Of a stretch of 64,000 nt of DNA, positions 1-12,000 are shown in pieces. The notes below the pieces were generated by a model that saw only the letters and a program-made list of their open reading frames with translations, ran no database searches and was not told where the DNA came from. The translations under genes and the position numbers were made by a program. Origin of the DNA: Okamejei kenojei (Eukaryota); contig CM069159.1 in the NCBI GenBank assembly GCA_035221665.1, forward strand, positions 22,196,001-22,260,000, written 5' to 3'. Within the stretch, counting starts at the first letter, position 1, and each line of letters begins with the position of its first letter.

Positions 1-150
1 CCTGAAGATGAAAATGTAATAGTGTGTGGCTGATGGAAACCCCTGGGTTTAAATGAAAATAAAGATTGTTGTCAGGATGGCACTTTTCCTTGCACCTTTT
101 CTATAAGAGCATTGGATGCACACCAAAATAACAGTTTAGGCAACAATCAT

Positions 151-342
151 CTTCTTCTTTTCATGTCCATCTTGTTACAAATGTTGGCTTCGCTGTCATC
201 GTCCGTCCTGAAAAGGACACAAGCTTCCGGCAACAATCAGTGGAAGCCATCACGTCGTAATAGAAGATGGTGGTAGCAGAATTTGCTCAGGATGCTTCCA
301 GTTTCCAGCCCTGCGACGTAGCTGCTTCTGCTATGGGGCCTT
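151..342 (-). mobile_element. 5'-truncated non-LTR retroposon 3' end with (AAG)n tail, family unassigned
   Basis: Minus strand ends ...AAAAGAAGAAG; flanked by 12-bp direct repeat GGCAACAAT(C/T)AT at 139-150 and 343-354; richer in CpG than its flanks. Confidence 0.6.
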
Positions 343-569
343 GGCAACAATTATTTATTTGTTCAATACACTACACTGAGAGTATTTAAAACTTGCTGGC
401 GATGCCTCAAGTTTTCAATCGCTGTCATTAATTATGTTTTGGATGACAGGCAGAAAATTCCCGTATAACCTGTTATGAATATTCTGGCAATTAACAATGG
501 TGGGTAGGAATTTTCAGATCCCCCTACAATGATTCTTTTGTTTTCACAGACCACAAACCATCAATGACA

Positions 570-648
570 GGTCAAGTCAAGTTGAGTTGAGTTTTTGATA
601 TCAGTTGCACAATGAAAATCTTGCCTGCAGCAACATTACAGGCACAGC
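570..648 (-). mobile_element. Rex1/Babar-type LINE 3' UTR remnant
   Basis: CAAGTCAAGTTGAGTTGAG tail then ...AATGAAAATCTTGCCTGCAGCA..., an antisense match to the 22540-22627 copy. Confidence 0.4.
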
Positions 649-699
649 GAGAAATAAAAACATAACTTATATATAAATTACATGCCAGAGATGAAAAGA

Positions 700-1088
700 C
701 AGGAGGATGAGGAGTGATCTTATAGAGGTGTATAAAATCATGAGAGGAATAGATCGTGTAGATTCACAGAGTCTCTTGACCGGAGTAGTTGAATCGATGG
801 ACCAGAGGACATAGGTTTAAGGTGAAAGGGAAAAGATTTAATAGGAATCTGAGGGGTGACGTTTTCACACAAAGGGTGGTGGATGTATGGAACAAGCTGC
901 ACGAGGAGGTAGTTGAGGCAGGGACTTTCCCAACGTCTACTAAACAGTTAGACAGATATTTGATAGGACAGGTTGGAGGGATATGGGCCAAATGCGGGCA
1001 AGTGGGACTAGTGTAGCTGGGACATGTTAGCCACATGTGGACGTTGGGCCAAAGGGTTTTTCCATGCCATATCACTCTGATTCTATGA
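700..1088 (+). mobile_element. CR1 LINE 3' fragment (ORF2 C-terminus and 3' UTR)
   Basis: Translates RMRSDLIEVYKIMRGIDRV...TRGHRFKVKGKRFNRNLRGDVFTQRVVDVWNKL, the typical CR1 ORF2 end; CTCTGATTCTATGA tail. Confidence 0.9.
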
Positions 1089-1269
1089 TCATGTGTGAGA
1101 CAAGAGGATTGAAGAGTTGTGAATTGTGAAGTTAGAGGAAGGAATGTAGATGGAGGGGGAGTGGAGAAATAGGTGCTTGTCCAGATATGACTTGGGGGAG
1201 GGAGGGGGAAGGTAGAAAGGGTGGGGGTGGGTTTGTTGTTAGCATTACAGTCCACTGTCATAATATTTC

Positions 1270-1470
1270 CAACCCCACCAATAATCTGCAAAAACGGCTT
1301 ACTTGGCATTCCATCCACCAGCCTACAAAAATACTCCTTTCAACATCAGTGCATTTACACCTCCCTCACCATTCACCAGGGCTACAGCTACAAAATGTTT
1401 AGCCTGTGACCTCAACCACCACAAAACATAAGAGCATCCCTGAACACCACTCCCTGCTGGCTATTCTCTA
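1270..1470 (+). mobile_element. Old CR1/L2-group LINE ORF2 C-terminal remnant
   Basis: Degenerate frame LLGIPSTSLQKYSFQHQC resembles LIGTPSTTLNIHSLHHR of elasmobranch CR1-like LINEs; recalled similarity only. Confidence 0.35.
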
Positions 1471-1491
1471 CCTTGTACCTTTATGATTTAA

Positions 1492-1551
1492 TTTAGTTTA
1501 GTTTAAAGATACAGCGCGGAAACAGCCTCTTAGGCCCACTGAGTCCATGCC
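1492..1551 (-). mobile_element. HE1/V-SINE-type SINE, 3' tail only
   Basis: TTTAGTTTAGTTTAAAGATACAGCGCGGAAACAG...GGCCCACTGAGTCC matches the tail of full copies at 6043 and 41943. Confidence 0.75.
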
Positions 1552-2789
1552 AGGATTCCAACCCAGCTCTTCCAAAATATGTGCAGAGGTTCAAGAATGG
1601 ACGATGGAGTCTGCTGGTTCCACACCTCATCATCCCCTCCACCTCTCCCTCTTCCCTCCTGTTCCTCCAACTCTTTTCGCTCCTAATGAGGCTGAACAGA
1701 GGGGGAACCGCTTTGCTGTCTTGCATGGACAGAATAAAAGATAGTTGCATTCTATAGGCTGTGTTCAAAATGTCTTTGTGATGATATATGGCATATATGT
1801 GGTAACGAGGGAGTCTACTGTCGATCAGATCAAATCAAAAAGGTGGTAGTCATCCCATTCAAACATTGTTAGTAGCATACCTGGCACAGCTCCTGTGGTC
1901 TCTGTTCTTGGATGATTTGAGGCTCCATGTCTCCTGTGCTCATAAGATTAAAGTTGTGGGGGTTTTCTTCCAATAAGAGGAGCCTTTCTTTTATTCTTTG
2001 TCAATTATTTTGCAGGTCGCTCATTGGAGCATTAATACTAACCACATCCTTATTTTAACGCCACTAAAATGGATGCACTGTTATTTTTGGGCAAGAGTGT
2101 TCAGTCTTGCTGTCTCTAATGTTAGATTTCAGAAATGTCTTCAAAAATGTATCAAATGACTGAAGTTATATGCTGTTGCCATTTTCGATAATCCACAGCT
2201 TATTTTATAAATTGTAATTGTTTCTGTGAAGCAGACTTCTTTATTTGAGTCAAATTGGGTTACACTGTTATGTCATGTGCGGAATAAGGCATTAAGTGAT
2301 TACTCAAGGTTGCTTCTATTCAGTGTGTAGGCTCCCAGTATTGATTGATAACCTGCCATTCTTTGTCTCAATAACCTCCACTTATTCCTACCAGCACTGT
2401 TTGCTGACCTGTGCCACTTAAACCATGAACGAGCAATTAACGCTGCAAATAGTAATATGCACTCTTACTTAAATATTTTTTTTCTTAGAATTTTGTGATT
2501 GCAGTGCAATGTACAAATATATTGCACACCTTGTCAAAATTGACAGAAGAGCTTTGTGTAAATATACTAAGTACTGATAGATTAATACTGCACAGTGATC
2601 ACTGGGCCTCAGGGAATTTTGGGAATGCAATATTTTTTACATTTATGCTAAGTTTAAGTCAAAAAAATAATGTTCTTTCTCATTTTTGGAATGTTAGAAT
2701 AATGTGACCACTCCACCAGATGAAACTCTTCAAAATAAACCATCACTTGCATTTTTGGCTCAAATGCTAAATCAAATTCAGTGGGCTGA

Positions 2790-3830
2790 TTGTCCTTAAG
2801 GAACATGGCGCAGCTGACTGACCAACCTGTCTTCTTGGTGACCACGACCAGATTGAACAGGATGTTAATAGGGCGCACTGTTGATGAAAGTTGGTTGACT
2901 CAGAAGGTTGGTTGTCATCTAAGACATAGGCTCTGGTTGATGGTAATTGCATTAGCTGGTTCTGACAGATATTCTGGGCTCATCCCAATAGTTTGGACAA
3001 GATCGGGAAGAGACGATTGTCACTGTACTCGGGATGTGGGGAGCCCAAGGTACATAGTTTTTATTTTTTTTATTTTTTATTTTTTTATTATTTATTTTCG
3101 TTAGAAGCAATTGTACAAAGAGAAAATAATCGACATAACAGTTATACAATTTTCGTACTGCTTCAGTTTTAACATTTTATAAATAACTAGATCGGAAAAA
3201 AGAAAAAGGAAAAAAGGGAAAGAAAGAAGAAAATAAAAAGAAAAGAAAGAATTTCAAGAAAAACACGAAAAAGAAAAAAGGAAAACCCCAGAACTAACGA
3301 AGGAGTGAAAGAAGCGGAGATATATTCCACTGCCCTTCCACACGCCCGCTCACCCGACCCTAGCGTCAGTTTTGAGTTTGTGTTCAACCATTATGTTGTT
3401 GAAGAAATTCAATAAAAGGAGACCATATTTTTTTTAATTGATCTGATTTGTCAGTCAAGCCTTATTTTTTCTAGATGTAGTGTCTCGGTCATTTCTGTGA
3501 TCCACATCTTCACTATGGGGGCGGTTATCTTTTTCCAGAATTTAAGTATGTTTTTTTCGCAGATATTAAACCATAGTCAAGGAAGCGTCTTTGAAATATC
3601 GTTAGATTAGGGCAGCCCTCTGACGTTCCTAATATTATTTGTTTTGAATCTGGCTCCAATTGAGTTTTATGTGTTTTAGAAATAATATTGAATATTTCCA
3701 TCCAGAAGTTTTGTATTTTTATACAGGATACAAAATAATGAGTTTGGGTGGCTTCTTGAAAATTACATTTATCACACCAAGGTACATAGTTAAAAAGGAC
3801 AGGCATTGTAGTGCCCTGCAACTCTGTGTA
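2790..3830 (-). mobile_element. Possible old Ingi/Vingi-like LINE remnant, interrupted by an L1
   Basis: Removing the L1 and one TSD gives TTMPVLFNYVPWAPHIP (cf. Vingi WLPVLxxIAPPHLRR); further on QQCALL..QSGRGH (cf. W.TLNR.RTGHGR). Degenerate. Confidence 0.3.
3060..3776 (-). mobile_element. L1-clade LINE 3' fragment (ORF2 CCHC knuckle, 3' UTR, A-rich tail)
   Basis: CDKCNFQEATQTHYFVSCIKIQNFW is the Cx2Cx8Hx4C motif of L1 ORF2; T-rich tail at 3060; perfect 15-bp TSD CCAAGGTACATAGTT at 3045-3059 and 3777-3791. Confidence 0.9.
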
Positions 3831-4267
3831 GGTTTTTACCTCTGTAGGTAACAACCCCTTTGGCCTCCCTCCCAAAACCTTCCCAAACCTTTATGCTGAA
3901 TCCCAAGGACTTAATATCAACTGTGCTGTGATTACGGTCCTTGGTCATTTTGCCACTCTGTTTCTTGGATATTGCAATTTGTTGCAAAGGCCAGGCGCTA
4001 TTCAGACTATTCATTACATTGTTAATCTAATCAACCCTAAACATTTCAATTTCATGGGTTGTTAAGTTTTCTTGTGGAAGTCAATGGCAAAGTCATAAAT
4101 AAACTTAAATTCAAGTGTTATATTGTGGTGATGGAATTATTGAAGAGGCAACAAAATATTGTGACTGTTGGAAATAAAAAAAAATAGAAAATTGTGGCAA
4201 GTCAGGCCACATTTCTTGGGAGAAAAGCAGTTGACGTTTCATATCATTGACTTGTGGTCAGAACAAG

Positions 4268-4457
4268 ATAGACACAAAATGCTGGAGTAACTCAGCGGGT
4301 CAGGCAGCATCTCTGGAGAAAAGGAATAGGTGATGTTTCAGGTCGGAACCCTTTTTCAGACTCAAGTGAAGAAGGGTTCTGACCTGAAATATCACCTATT
4401 CCTTTTCTTCAGAGATGCAGCCTGACCTGTTGGGATACTCCAGCATTTTGTGTCTAT
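4268..4457. mobile_element. Palindromic pair of Penelope-like terminal repeats (inverted arms of ~90 bp)
   Basis: ATAGACACAAAATGCTGGAGTAACTCAGCGGGTCAGGCAGCATCTCTG... is mirrored by ...CAGAGATGCAGCCTGACCTG...CCAGCATTTTGTGTCTAT; the same repeat lies next to the GIY-YIG element at 39150-40170. Confidence 0.8.
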
Positions 4458-5084
4458 TCAAGGCAATAAAATATCTGTGTGAGTTGCATTTCCTTTGGTT
4501 ATTGGCGTCCTTTACTTACCATCCATTATTAACTTTAGCTGAGTGGTTTCCGAGCACATGGAGAGTTCAGTGCAAACTATGCAGCTTAATCTCTTGTCTC
4601 TTACCTTCCTCCCTGCATTTACTCAGAAGGTACGCAACGTGTGTTCAGTCATTTCCTGCACCTTGCCTGGATGGAGTTGTGCTTGCACTGAGACTAACAT
4701 GAGAGCTGGCCTGATCCTGTGCCAAATGGAAATACTGTCTCCGTTTCCTATGAATATGAATAAAGTTTTTGAACTGTGCTTTACCTAAAGAGTGTTAAGG
4801 ATACTAATAATCAATATTAGGCAAGTTTTTGTCCTTCTACTTTATGGGAGATTTCTTCTCTACCTGAACACACCATAGGACACCTGCATTATGGTCTCTC
4901 ACTCAAACTCTCCACTATACCACATCTTGACCTCTGCTCCTCAACCCACTATAACAACGCTGGTTAGAATTCAAATTTACTTAATGTCTGTATTAGCTGA
5001 GTAGTTTGGGCCAGTATAAGTTGGTGTTGCGTTGGCCCAACATTTGTAAATGTGCCTATTTGTAACAAAGTTACATATTTTCTA

Positions 5085-5385
5085 CTGCTGCTTCACAGAG
5101 TGAGGGACCAGATTTGACCCTTACTCTGGATGGTGTCTGTCTGCAGTTTTCACATTCTCTCCGTAACCCCATTTGTTTCATTCAGGTACAAAGATGGGTT
5201 TTATTGGCTGCTGTAAATGACCCCTTACTGTGGATTAATGGCAAAAGAGAATGAAAGTGTAATGGATGGTCATGTGTGATGGAAATAATATGTTACAAGG
5301 CTGTAGAGAAATAAAGAAAGGAGAAGTGGGATTGCCCCGTGAGCCAGCATGAACCCGATGGGCTGAATTGCCTCCTTCTGTGAAA
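5085..5385 (+). mobile_element. Old HE1/V-SINE-type SINE
   Basis: Degenerate CTGCTTCACAG..GGGACCAG..TTTGACCCTTAC head, V-domain-like body and GATGGGCTGAATTGCCTCCTTCTG CR1-like tail. Confidence 0.55.
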
Positions 5386-6042
5386 AAAGGACCAAATGGC
5401 ATTAAGGTTTTATTCTCTCCTTTTTCCGTCTACTCTTACTCTTCTTTTGCCCTTTTTATATCTCATCCTTTTTTTCGATTCATTAACTTTCTTTGCTCAC
5501 TTTTGCCTAACTGTTGGAGTTCTGATAATTTCTTTAAAACTCCATAGCTCTCCCACAATCTACATGGGTTATGAAGGTTTGCTATTTAAACTATAGGGCC
5601 ATAAATTGCAACAATTGGCTCAAGAAATATGCTCCTAAATGTATTTTTAGTGTGCGGAAACATTGCTTTGTTTATTGCATATTAGGAGGCTTGTTTTTAA
5701 TTAATGTGACCTCTCTCCTTTCTTGAAAGATGATTTAACATAACTGGCTCTTTAAAAAATATATTATACTAATATTAAATATTTTAAAAAAAATTAAAAG
5801 TGAGTTGGGGTATTAATTGAAAAACAATCCTACTGTGCAGAAAACCTGCCGAATGCCTAATACAGTCCCTGCACTTGATGTTGTTATTAAGTACAATTTA
5901 TATATCCATCCAACATGTGGAACGACCTCACATCTGCCGTTCTGTGGATCCAATAATTGAGAAAATGGTTCATCAAGTCTTTCTCAGGACCAAAGACCTC
6001 CAAATATGTCTGGTCTTGATTCAAAACATTGACCAAACTTCT

Positions 6043-6357
6043 TTTAGTTTGGTTTAATTGAGTTTAGAGATACAATGCAGAAACAGGCCATTCGTCCCAC
6101 CGTGTCTGTGCCGACCAGTGATCGCCGTACACTTAAACTATCCATCACACACTAGGGACAATTTACAATTTTACCAAAGCCAATTAACCTACACATCTGT
6201 ATGTCTTTGGAGTGTGGGAGGAAACCGGAGCAGTTGGAGAAAACCCACGCAGGTCATGGGGAAAATGTACAAGCTCCGTGCAGACAACATCTAGGATCGA
6301 ACCCGTGGTTCTGGCGCTGTAAGGCAGCAACTCTACTGCTGCACCACCATACTGCCC
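6043..6357 (-). mobile_element. HE1/V-SINE-type tRNA-derived SINE, near full length
   Basis: Minus strand: GGGCAGTATGGTGGTGCAGCAGTAGAGTTGCTGCCTTACAGCGCCAGA (A box), GGTTCGATCC (B box), V-domain body, (CTAAA)n tail. Confidence 0.85.
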
Positions 6358-7173
6358 TTGCCTCCACAAAGGGGCTTCAAACTCCCAAAGCTGAGAGATT
6401 ATCAGGGTTTTACTGCGGATAAGTGCAAATATTTTTCTCTCAATAAAATATTTGCAGAGGAATAGATGGCTTGATGGGCCAAATGGCTTACTTCTCCGCT
6501 GAAACTATTTAATGATTTTCTTTGTTCACTCATTTAAATTGGAGTTTCTACTAAAACTGGACATAAAAATAAAGTTATTATTTTTTACTGGCTAAAATAG
6601 GAACCGAGCTGTCTGGTATTGCATGCTGTGATAACTGATGTGTTTGAGGGGAGCTGGTCCCTGGTGGTTTTGGGATAATTTATATTCACAAATGCACAGC
6701 AACTAGCATTGTTGCATAATTGTTTTCAGAAGCGGAATCAGTTTGTTGACCTTTAATTCCACATTTACACTGAGATACTTTGTTAATGGATCTCAGTAAT
6801 TATCCAGAAATTACTTTCTGACTTTATTGCCACAGGAAGCATGAAGCACATTTGAAATTAAATCTGATGAGAAACATTTGTTAATGATTCTACTTTGCAT
6901 ATTGGCTTCTTGTTGTTGTCGCAGAACCTTCTATTGTGTTCATTAATATAAAGTGGGAGTAAACCTAAAGACAAGGGATAGAAATTTACCTCATTAAATG
7001 CTAGGAGAAAAATTCCAAACCAACAATAATTAACATGGAAGATAATTAACAAGCAGGAATTTTGTTTGAGTCACGGGTACCAAGTTGAGTAGAAACAAGT
7101 GTTGCCTGTTTTGGCTGCACCGGTCAAGATGCTCACCAATAATCTCTGGAGATACAACAAACCAAAAATGTGT

Positions 7174-7476
7174 GGCATGGTGGCCCAGCAGTAGAGTTGC
7201 GGTAGAGTTGCTGCCTTACAGCGCCAGAGACCCAGGTTCGATCCTGACAATGTGTGGGTTTTCTCCGGGTGCTCCAGTTTCTTCCCACACTCCAAACATG
7301 TACTGGTTTGTAGGCTAATTGACTTGGTAAAATTGTCCCTTGTGAGTAGGATAGTGTTAATGAGCGCGGCGTAAATTGTCCCTTGTGAGTAGGATAGTGT
7401 TAATGAGCGCGGATCACTGGTTGGCGAGGACTCGGTGGGCCGAAGGTCCTGTTTCTGTAATGTATCTAAAATAAAA
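7174..7476 (+). mobile_element. HE1/V-SINE-type SINE with internal 40-bp tandem duplication
   Basis: A box region, GGTTCGATCC B box, V-domain; AAATTGTCCCTTGTGAGTAGGATAGTGTTAATGAGCGCGG occurs at 7330-7369 and 7373-7412. Confidence 0.85.
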
Positions 7477-7542
7477 TTTAAAAAGGTTGCAGATGCTGGA
7501 ATCTGGAGCAAGAAAGCAAACTGGTGGCAGAACTCAACAGGT

Positions 7543-9040
7543 TTTATTCCAAAACGCTATTCATCCTATAATCTGAGACGTCTATTCAATGTCATGTACT
7601 CAAAAAGAGTGAATGATATTGAACTAGCTGTCATATCCTTAGTTGCTGAAAAAGCATTTGACCAGGTTGAATGGCCATATTTATTTAAAATAATGCAGAA
7701 ATTTCAACTGGGGGATAGATTTTCCAAATGGGTAAAAATCATATACTCAAATCCAACTGCAAGAATATTAACAAATCAAATGTTATCAGCAAAATTTAAT
7801 CTCTTTAGGGGTTGTAGACAAGGATGCCCGTTATCACCATTACTATTTGCTCTGGTAATAGAACCATAAGCCGAAATGATTAGATCAGAACCAGAAATAT
7901 ATGGATATAATACTAAAACTACAACGAATAAAATATCTCTATACGCAGATGACATCTTAATTTATATTACAAAACTGGAGATTAGTATTCCCAATCTGTT
8001 TAATGTTATAACTAAGTTTAGTACATTTTCTAGGTATAGAATTAATTGGAATAAAAGTGAAATTATGCCTATAACTGGAATAAAATTAAATATATTAGAA
8101 CAATTCCCACTTAAAATAGTCACGGACAAATTCAAATATCTAGGAATTAATGTATCTAAGTCCTATAACTATTTAAATATAATTACCCTCAATTATTAAA
8201 TAAACTAAAAAAAAAAAATTATATTGGAAAACACTACCTATATCAATGATCGGTAGAATAAATGCTATAAAAATGATTTTTTTTTGCCACAATTGTTATA
8301 TTTATTTCAAGCCATCCCTTTATATCTCCCTAAAATGTTTTTTTTTTAAAAATAGATACTTTGGTTAATAGTTTTATTTGGGACTATAAAAATCATCGAA
8401 TAAGTAAAAAAAACATCTATGTAAATCTAAAATAAATGGTGGACTAGCACTACCAAATTTCTTATATTATTTCTGGGCAGTTCAGATTAAGAAAATGAAT
8501 TTTTGGTTGGTAAATTTAGATCATGAACCAAGCTGGCTAAAGATGGAAAGGGAAGACTGTTTGCCTTTTGATGTAGGTTCGATTCTTTTTGCACCAAGGG
8601 AAGTACAAAAAAAAAAGGTATGGTGACAACCCTATAATTCATAGCAATAGACGTATTTGGAAACACATAGTTAAGACCCTACATATGGATAATTTGTCAC
8701 TTTGTTTGCCAATTATGAATAATCCTTTGTTTAGGCCCTCTGTATTGGACAAGGGGTTTAGACATTGGAATGATTTAGGAATTAAAAGGATAGAACACCT
8801 TTACAAGAAAGGAACATTTCTTTCATTTCAAGAGTTACAGGATATCTATGGATTGCAGTCAAATAATATATTTAGGTATTTACAAATTAGAAACTATATT
8901 AAGTCAAATACGCAAGACTATAAAAATAGAAAACCATGATTATTAGATGAATTGTTTAATAAACACCCAAATACAGAAAAATTAATAGCGTATATATACA
9001 ATACTATTTTGGATAGGGAAATCCACACACATCTCTTGGA
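7543..9040 (+). mobile_element. 5'-truncated L1-clade LINE, disrupted reverse transcriptase ORF2
   Basis: GFIPKR, SLVAEKAFDQVEW, RGCRQGCPLSPLLFALVIEP, LYADDILIY, FKYLGI and GGLALPNF motifs; in-frame stop and frameshifts; degrades into low-complexity sequence after ~9040. Confidence 0.93.
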
Positions 9041-12000
9041 ACTTTCACATACACCGCGCATCCCCCACCCCCCATTCACTCCTCGCCATTCTAACCCTCC
9101 CTTTTCCCATCTCAACACTCTACACTCCCTTGACACGCTCCGAGTACCATCTCACCCACCCCTCACCAGTCCAGGCCATTAATCAACTCGCGCCACCCCC
9201 AATATCATGGGGGTATCACAAGTAAAAATAGGGTTTAAACAATCTCATACTAAATCCACGCATCGCCCAAAAGGTCCTCCCCTTCGGTCCCTCCACCCCT
9301 CTACTTCAACACCCACCCACTTCTACAAATTCACTCACCAGTACGCCAAGGCACGCACCCCAAAACAAGCCCTTACTAGCTAAAAGGACAACCCCCCGCC
9401 TGCTGAAACCCCAACAACCATCACACATCCCCCAAACCCCCTCCCCCCCTAAACCCCAACAACCCCTCCTCCCCTCCCAACCCCCCCCTCTCTCTAACCC
9501 AACCGCGTACACCACCCCCACCCAAACCCCAACCACCGCCACAAATAATCACCCGCCCCATACCCCCCCAATGTCCCGCACCCACAAAACCCCCCACCTT
9601 TGTCCAAGCTAAATATTACCACCCCCCAATACACCCCTACCCCCACCACCAGCCCAACAACAAGTCCCCTGCCCATCAACCTCCGCCTTTCAATACGTCT
9701 GTAAAAACACATGCATAGCACAATCCACCACCTAACAACGAATTACAACCCAGTACAACATCACCACCCTACTAACCCACCCCATACCCCCAGGGCCCCC
9801 CCTCACAATTCCCCTTGCCCCTGCCCCCCGTGGACCCCCACCCCCCGCAACCCCCCCAACCTCCATACTATCGGCGAACCACCTTAACCTTCATACCCCC
9901 AAAGACCCCCCCACACAACAAACCCCCCAACCCCACGACCCCCCACCCACCCCCACACCCCTCCCAAAAAAAAACACCATACACCAACAAATCACCACCA
10001 ACTAAACCCAAAGGTCTAAACCATTAAGTGCACCAGATCCACTTTCCCCCCCACTCACCAATACCGAAAATGGTGCCTTTGCCCCCCCCAACACACACCA
10101 CACCCATCTCACCCCCACCATTCCAACCCACACCACCACCCTCCCACCCCTATCAAATTATTGCCTTGTCCCCAGACAGACCACCCCCACCTCCCCCCCG
10201 CCCCCACCCCACCGCCCACAACTCACCCCACCACCCCGCACAACCCCCCCACCCCCACACGACGACCACCCTCACCCCCACCCCACAACACCACACCAGC
10301 CCGCCAACACACAACACCGACCCCCACCACCAACACACCACACGACCCTACTCACACCACCACCACACTCCACGACACACAACCCCCCCAACAAACACCC
10401 CCCCCCGCGCGCCAACCCCGCCCCATAACCCTACACCCACCAACCCAGCACAACAAACCCTCCCCACCCCCCACCACCACCCCACACCACATACATCCCG
10501 CCAACACACCCCAACCCCTACACCCCCAACCCCCCCCACCAAGTCAAACCCCCCACACCAACCCAACCCCCTCCACACCACACACCCACCCCCCAACACC
10601 ACCCGGCCCCAACAGCACCCCCTCCCCCCCCAACCAACGCCCCAGCAACGCCAACACCAAGACCACCCCACACCCCCCTCCCAACCCCTTAGTCCCGATT
10701 CCCAGAATGTCGCTGTGTGCTCCCCGAAGCCCCCCATATTCCCTTAATCCTCCGCAAAGTCCTACAGGCCCAATATGACCTCTTGTGCCCCAAGATATAG
10801 GTCTCTCCATATACAAAATCTTTGAAGGGGTAGCACTGTGTTCTTTGGCAATCACTAACAAAAAACACAACAAAACTCACTTGGGATACCACCATGACCG
10901 GGACTTCACAGGTGCTTAAGAAGAAACATCCCACCCAGAAAATTTTTTATTTTTATATTATAAATTAATTAATTTTTATATAATTTAATTTATTATTTTT
11001 TTATTTAAAGTTTTATTATATATTATGTTATTAATATTAATAAAATAAGAAAAAAAAACAAAAATATTAAAAGAAAAAAAATAAAAGAAAAAAAAAAAAA
11101 AAAATATAAAAACCTCAACCCCCCGGCTCCACAGCTCCCACCACCCCCGTACCCCCCACCCCCCCCTCTGGTCGTCGTTAAGCCCCCCCCCCCCCCCCCC
11201 CCCCCCCCCCACCCCCCCCCCCCCCCCCCCCCCCCCACCCCTCCCCCCCCGCCCCCCCCCCGGTCCCGAGCCCCCCCCCCCCCCCACCGCCCCCCCCCCC
11301 CCCCACATCCCACCTGCCGGCGAGCCCCCCCAAAACCCAACCAGCCCCCCCTCCCCACCCCCCCCTCCCCCCCGCCCCCCCCCCCCCACCCCCCCGCGCC
11401 CCCCCCGTCCCCCGACCGCACCGCACCTCCCCTCCCTCCCCCCCCCCCCCCCCCCCGCCCCCCACCCCCCCCCCCCCCCCTCCCCCCCCCCCCCCCCTCC
11501 GCCCTCCCCCCCCCCCCCCCCCCTCCCCCGCCCCCCCTCCCACCCCCCCCCCCAGGCCACCCCCCCCCCCCCGCACCCCCCCCCCCCGCCCCCCCACCCA
11601 CCCCCCCGTCCCCCCCCCCCACACCCCCCCGCCCTCCCCCTCCCCGCCCCCCCCCCCTCCTCCCCCCCCGCCCCCCCCCCCCCCGCCCTTCTCCCCAACC
11701 CCCCCCCCCCCCGCGCTCCTCCCCCCCCCCCCCACCCGGCCCCCCCCCCCCCCCCCCCCTGCCCCCCCCCCCGCCCCGACCCCACCCCCGCCGCCCCCCC
11801 CCCATCCTCCCCCAGCCCCCCCCCCCCAGCGACCCCCCCACGCTCCCTCCCCCCCCCCCCCCCCCCCCACGCCCACCCCCCCCCCCCCCCCCCCGCCATC
11901 CCCCCGTCCACCCCCCCACCCCCGGCCCCACTCCCCCCCCCATGTCCCCCCCCCCCACCCCGCCCGCCCCTCCCCCCGCCCCCCCCCCCCCGACCCCCCC

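Noticed and set aside
764-1318. 184-aa minus-strand ORF
   Set aside because: Largely the antisense of a CR1 fragment plus a purine-rich tract.
6043-7476. tRNA genes suggested by A and B boxes (GGTTCGATCC)
   Set aside because: These are SINE heads continuing into a V-domain body and LINE-like tail; no complete cloverleaf.
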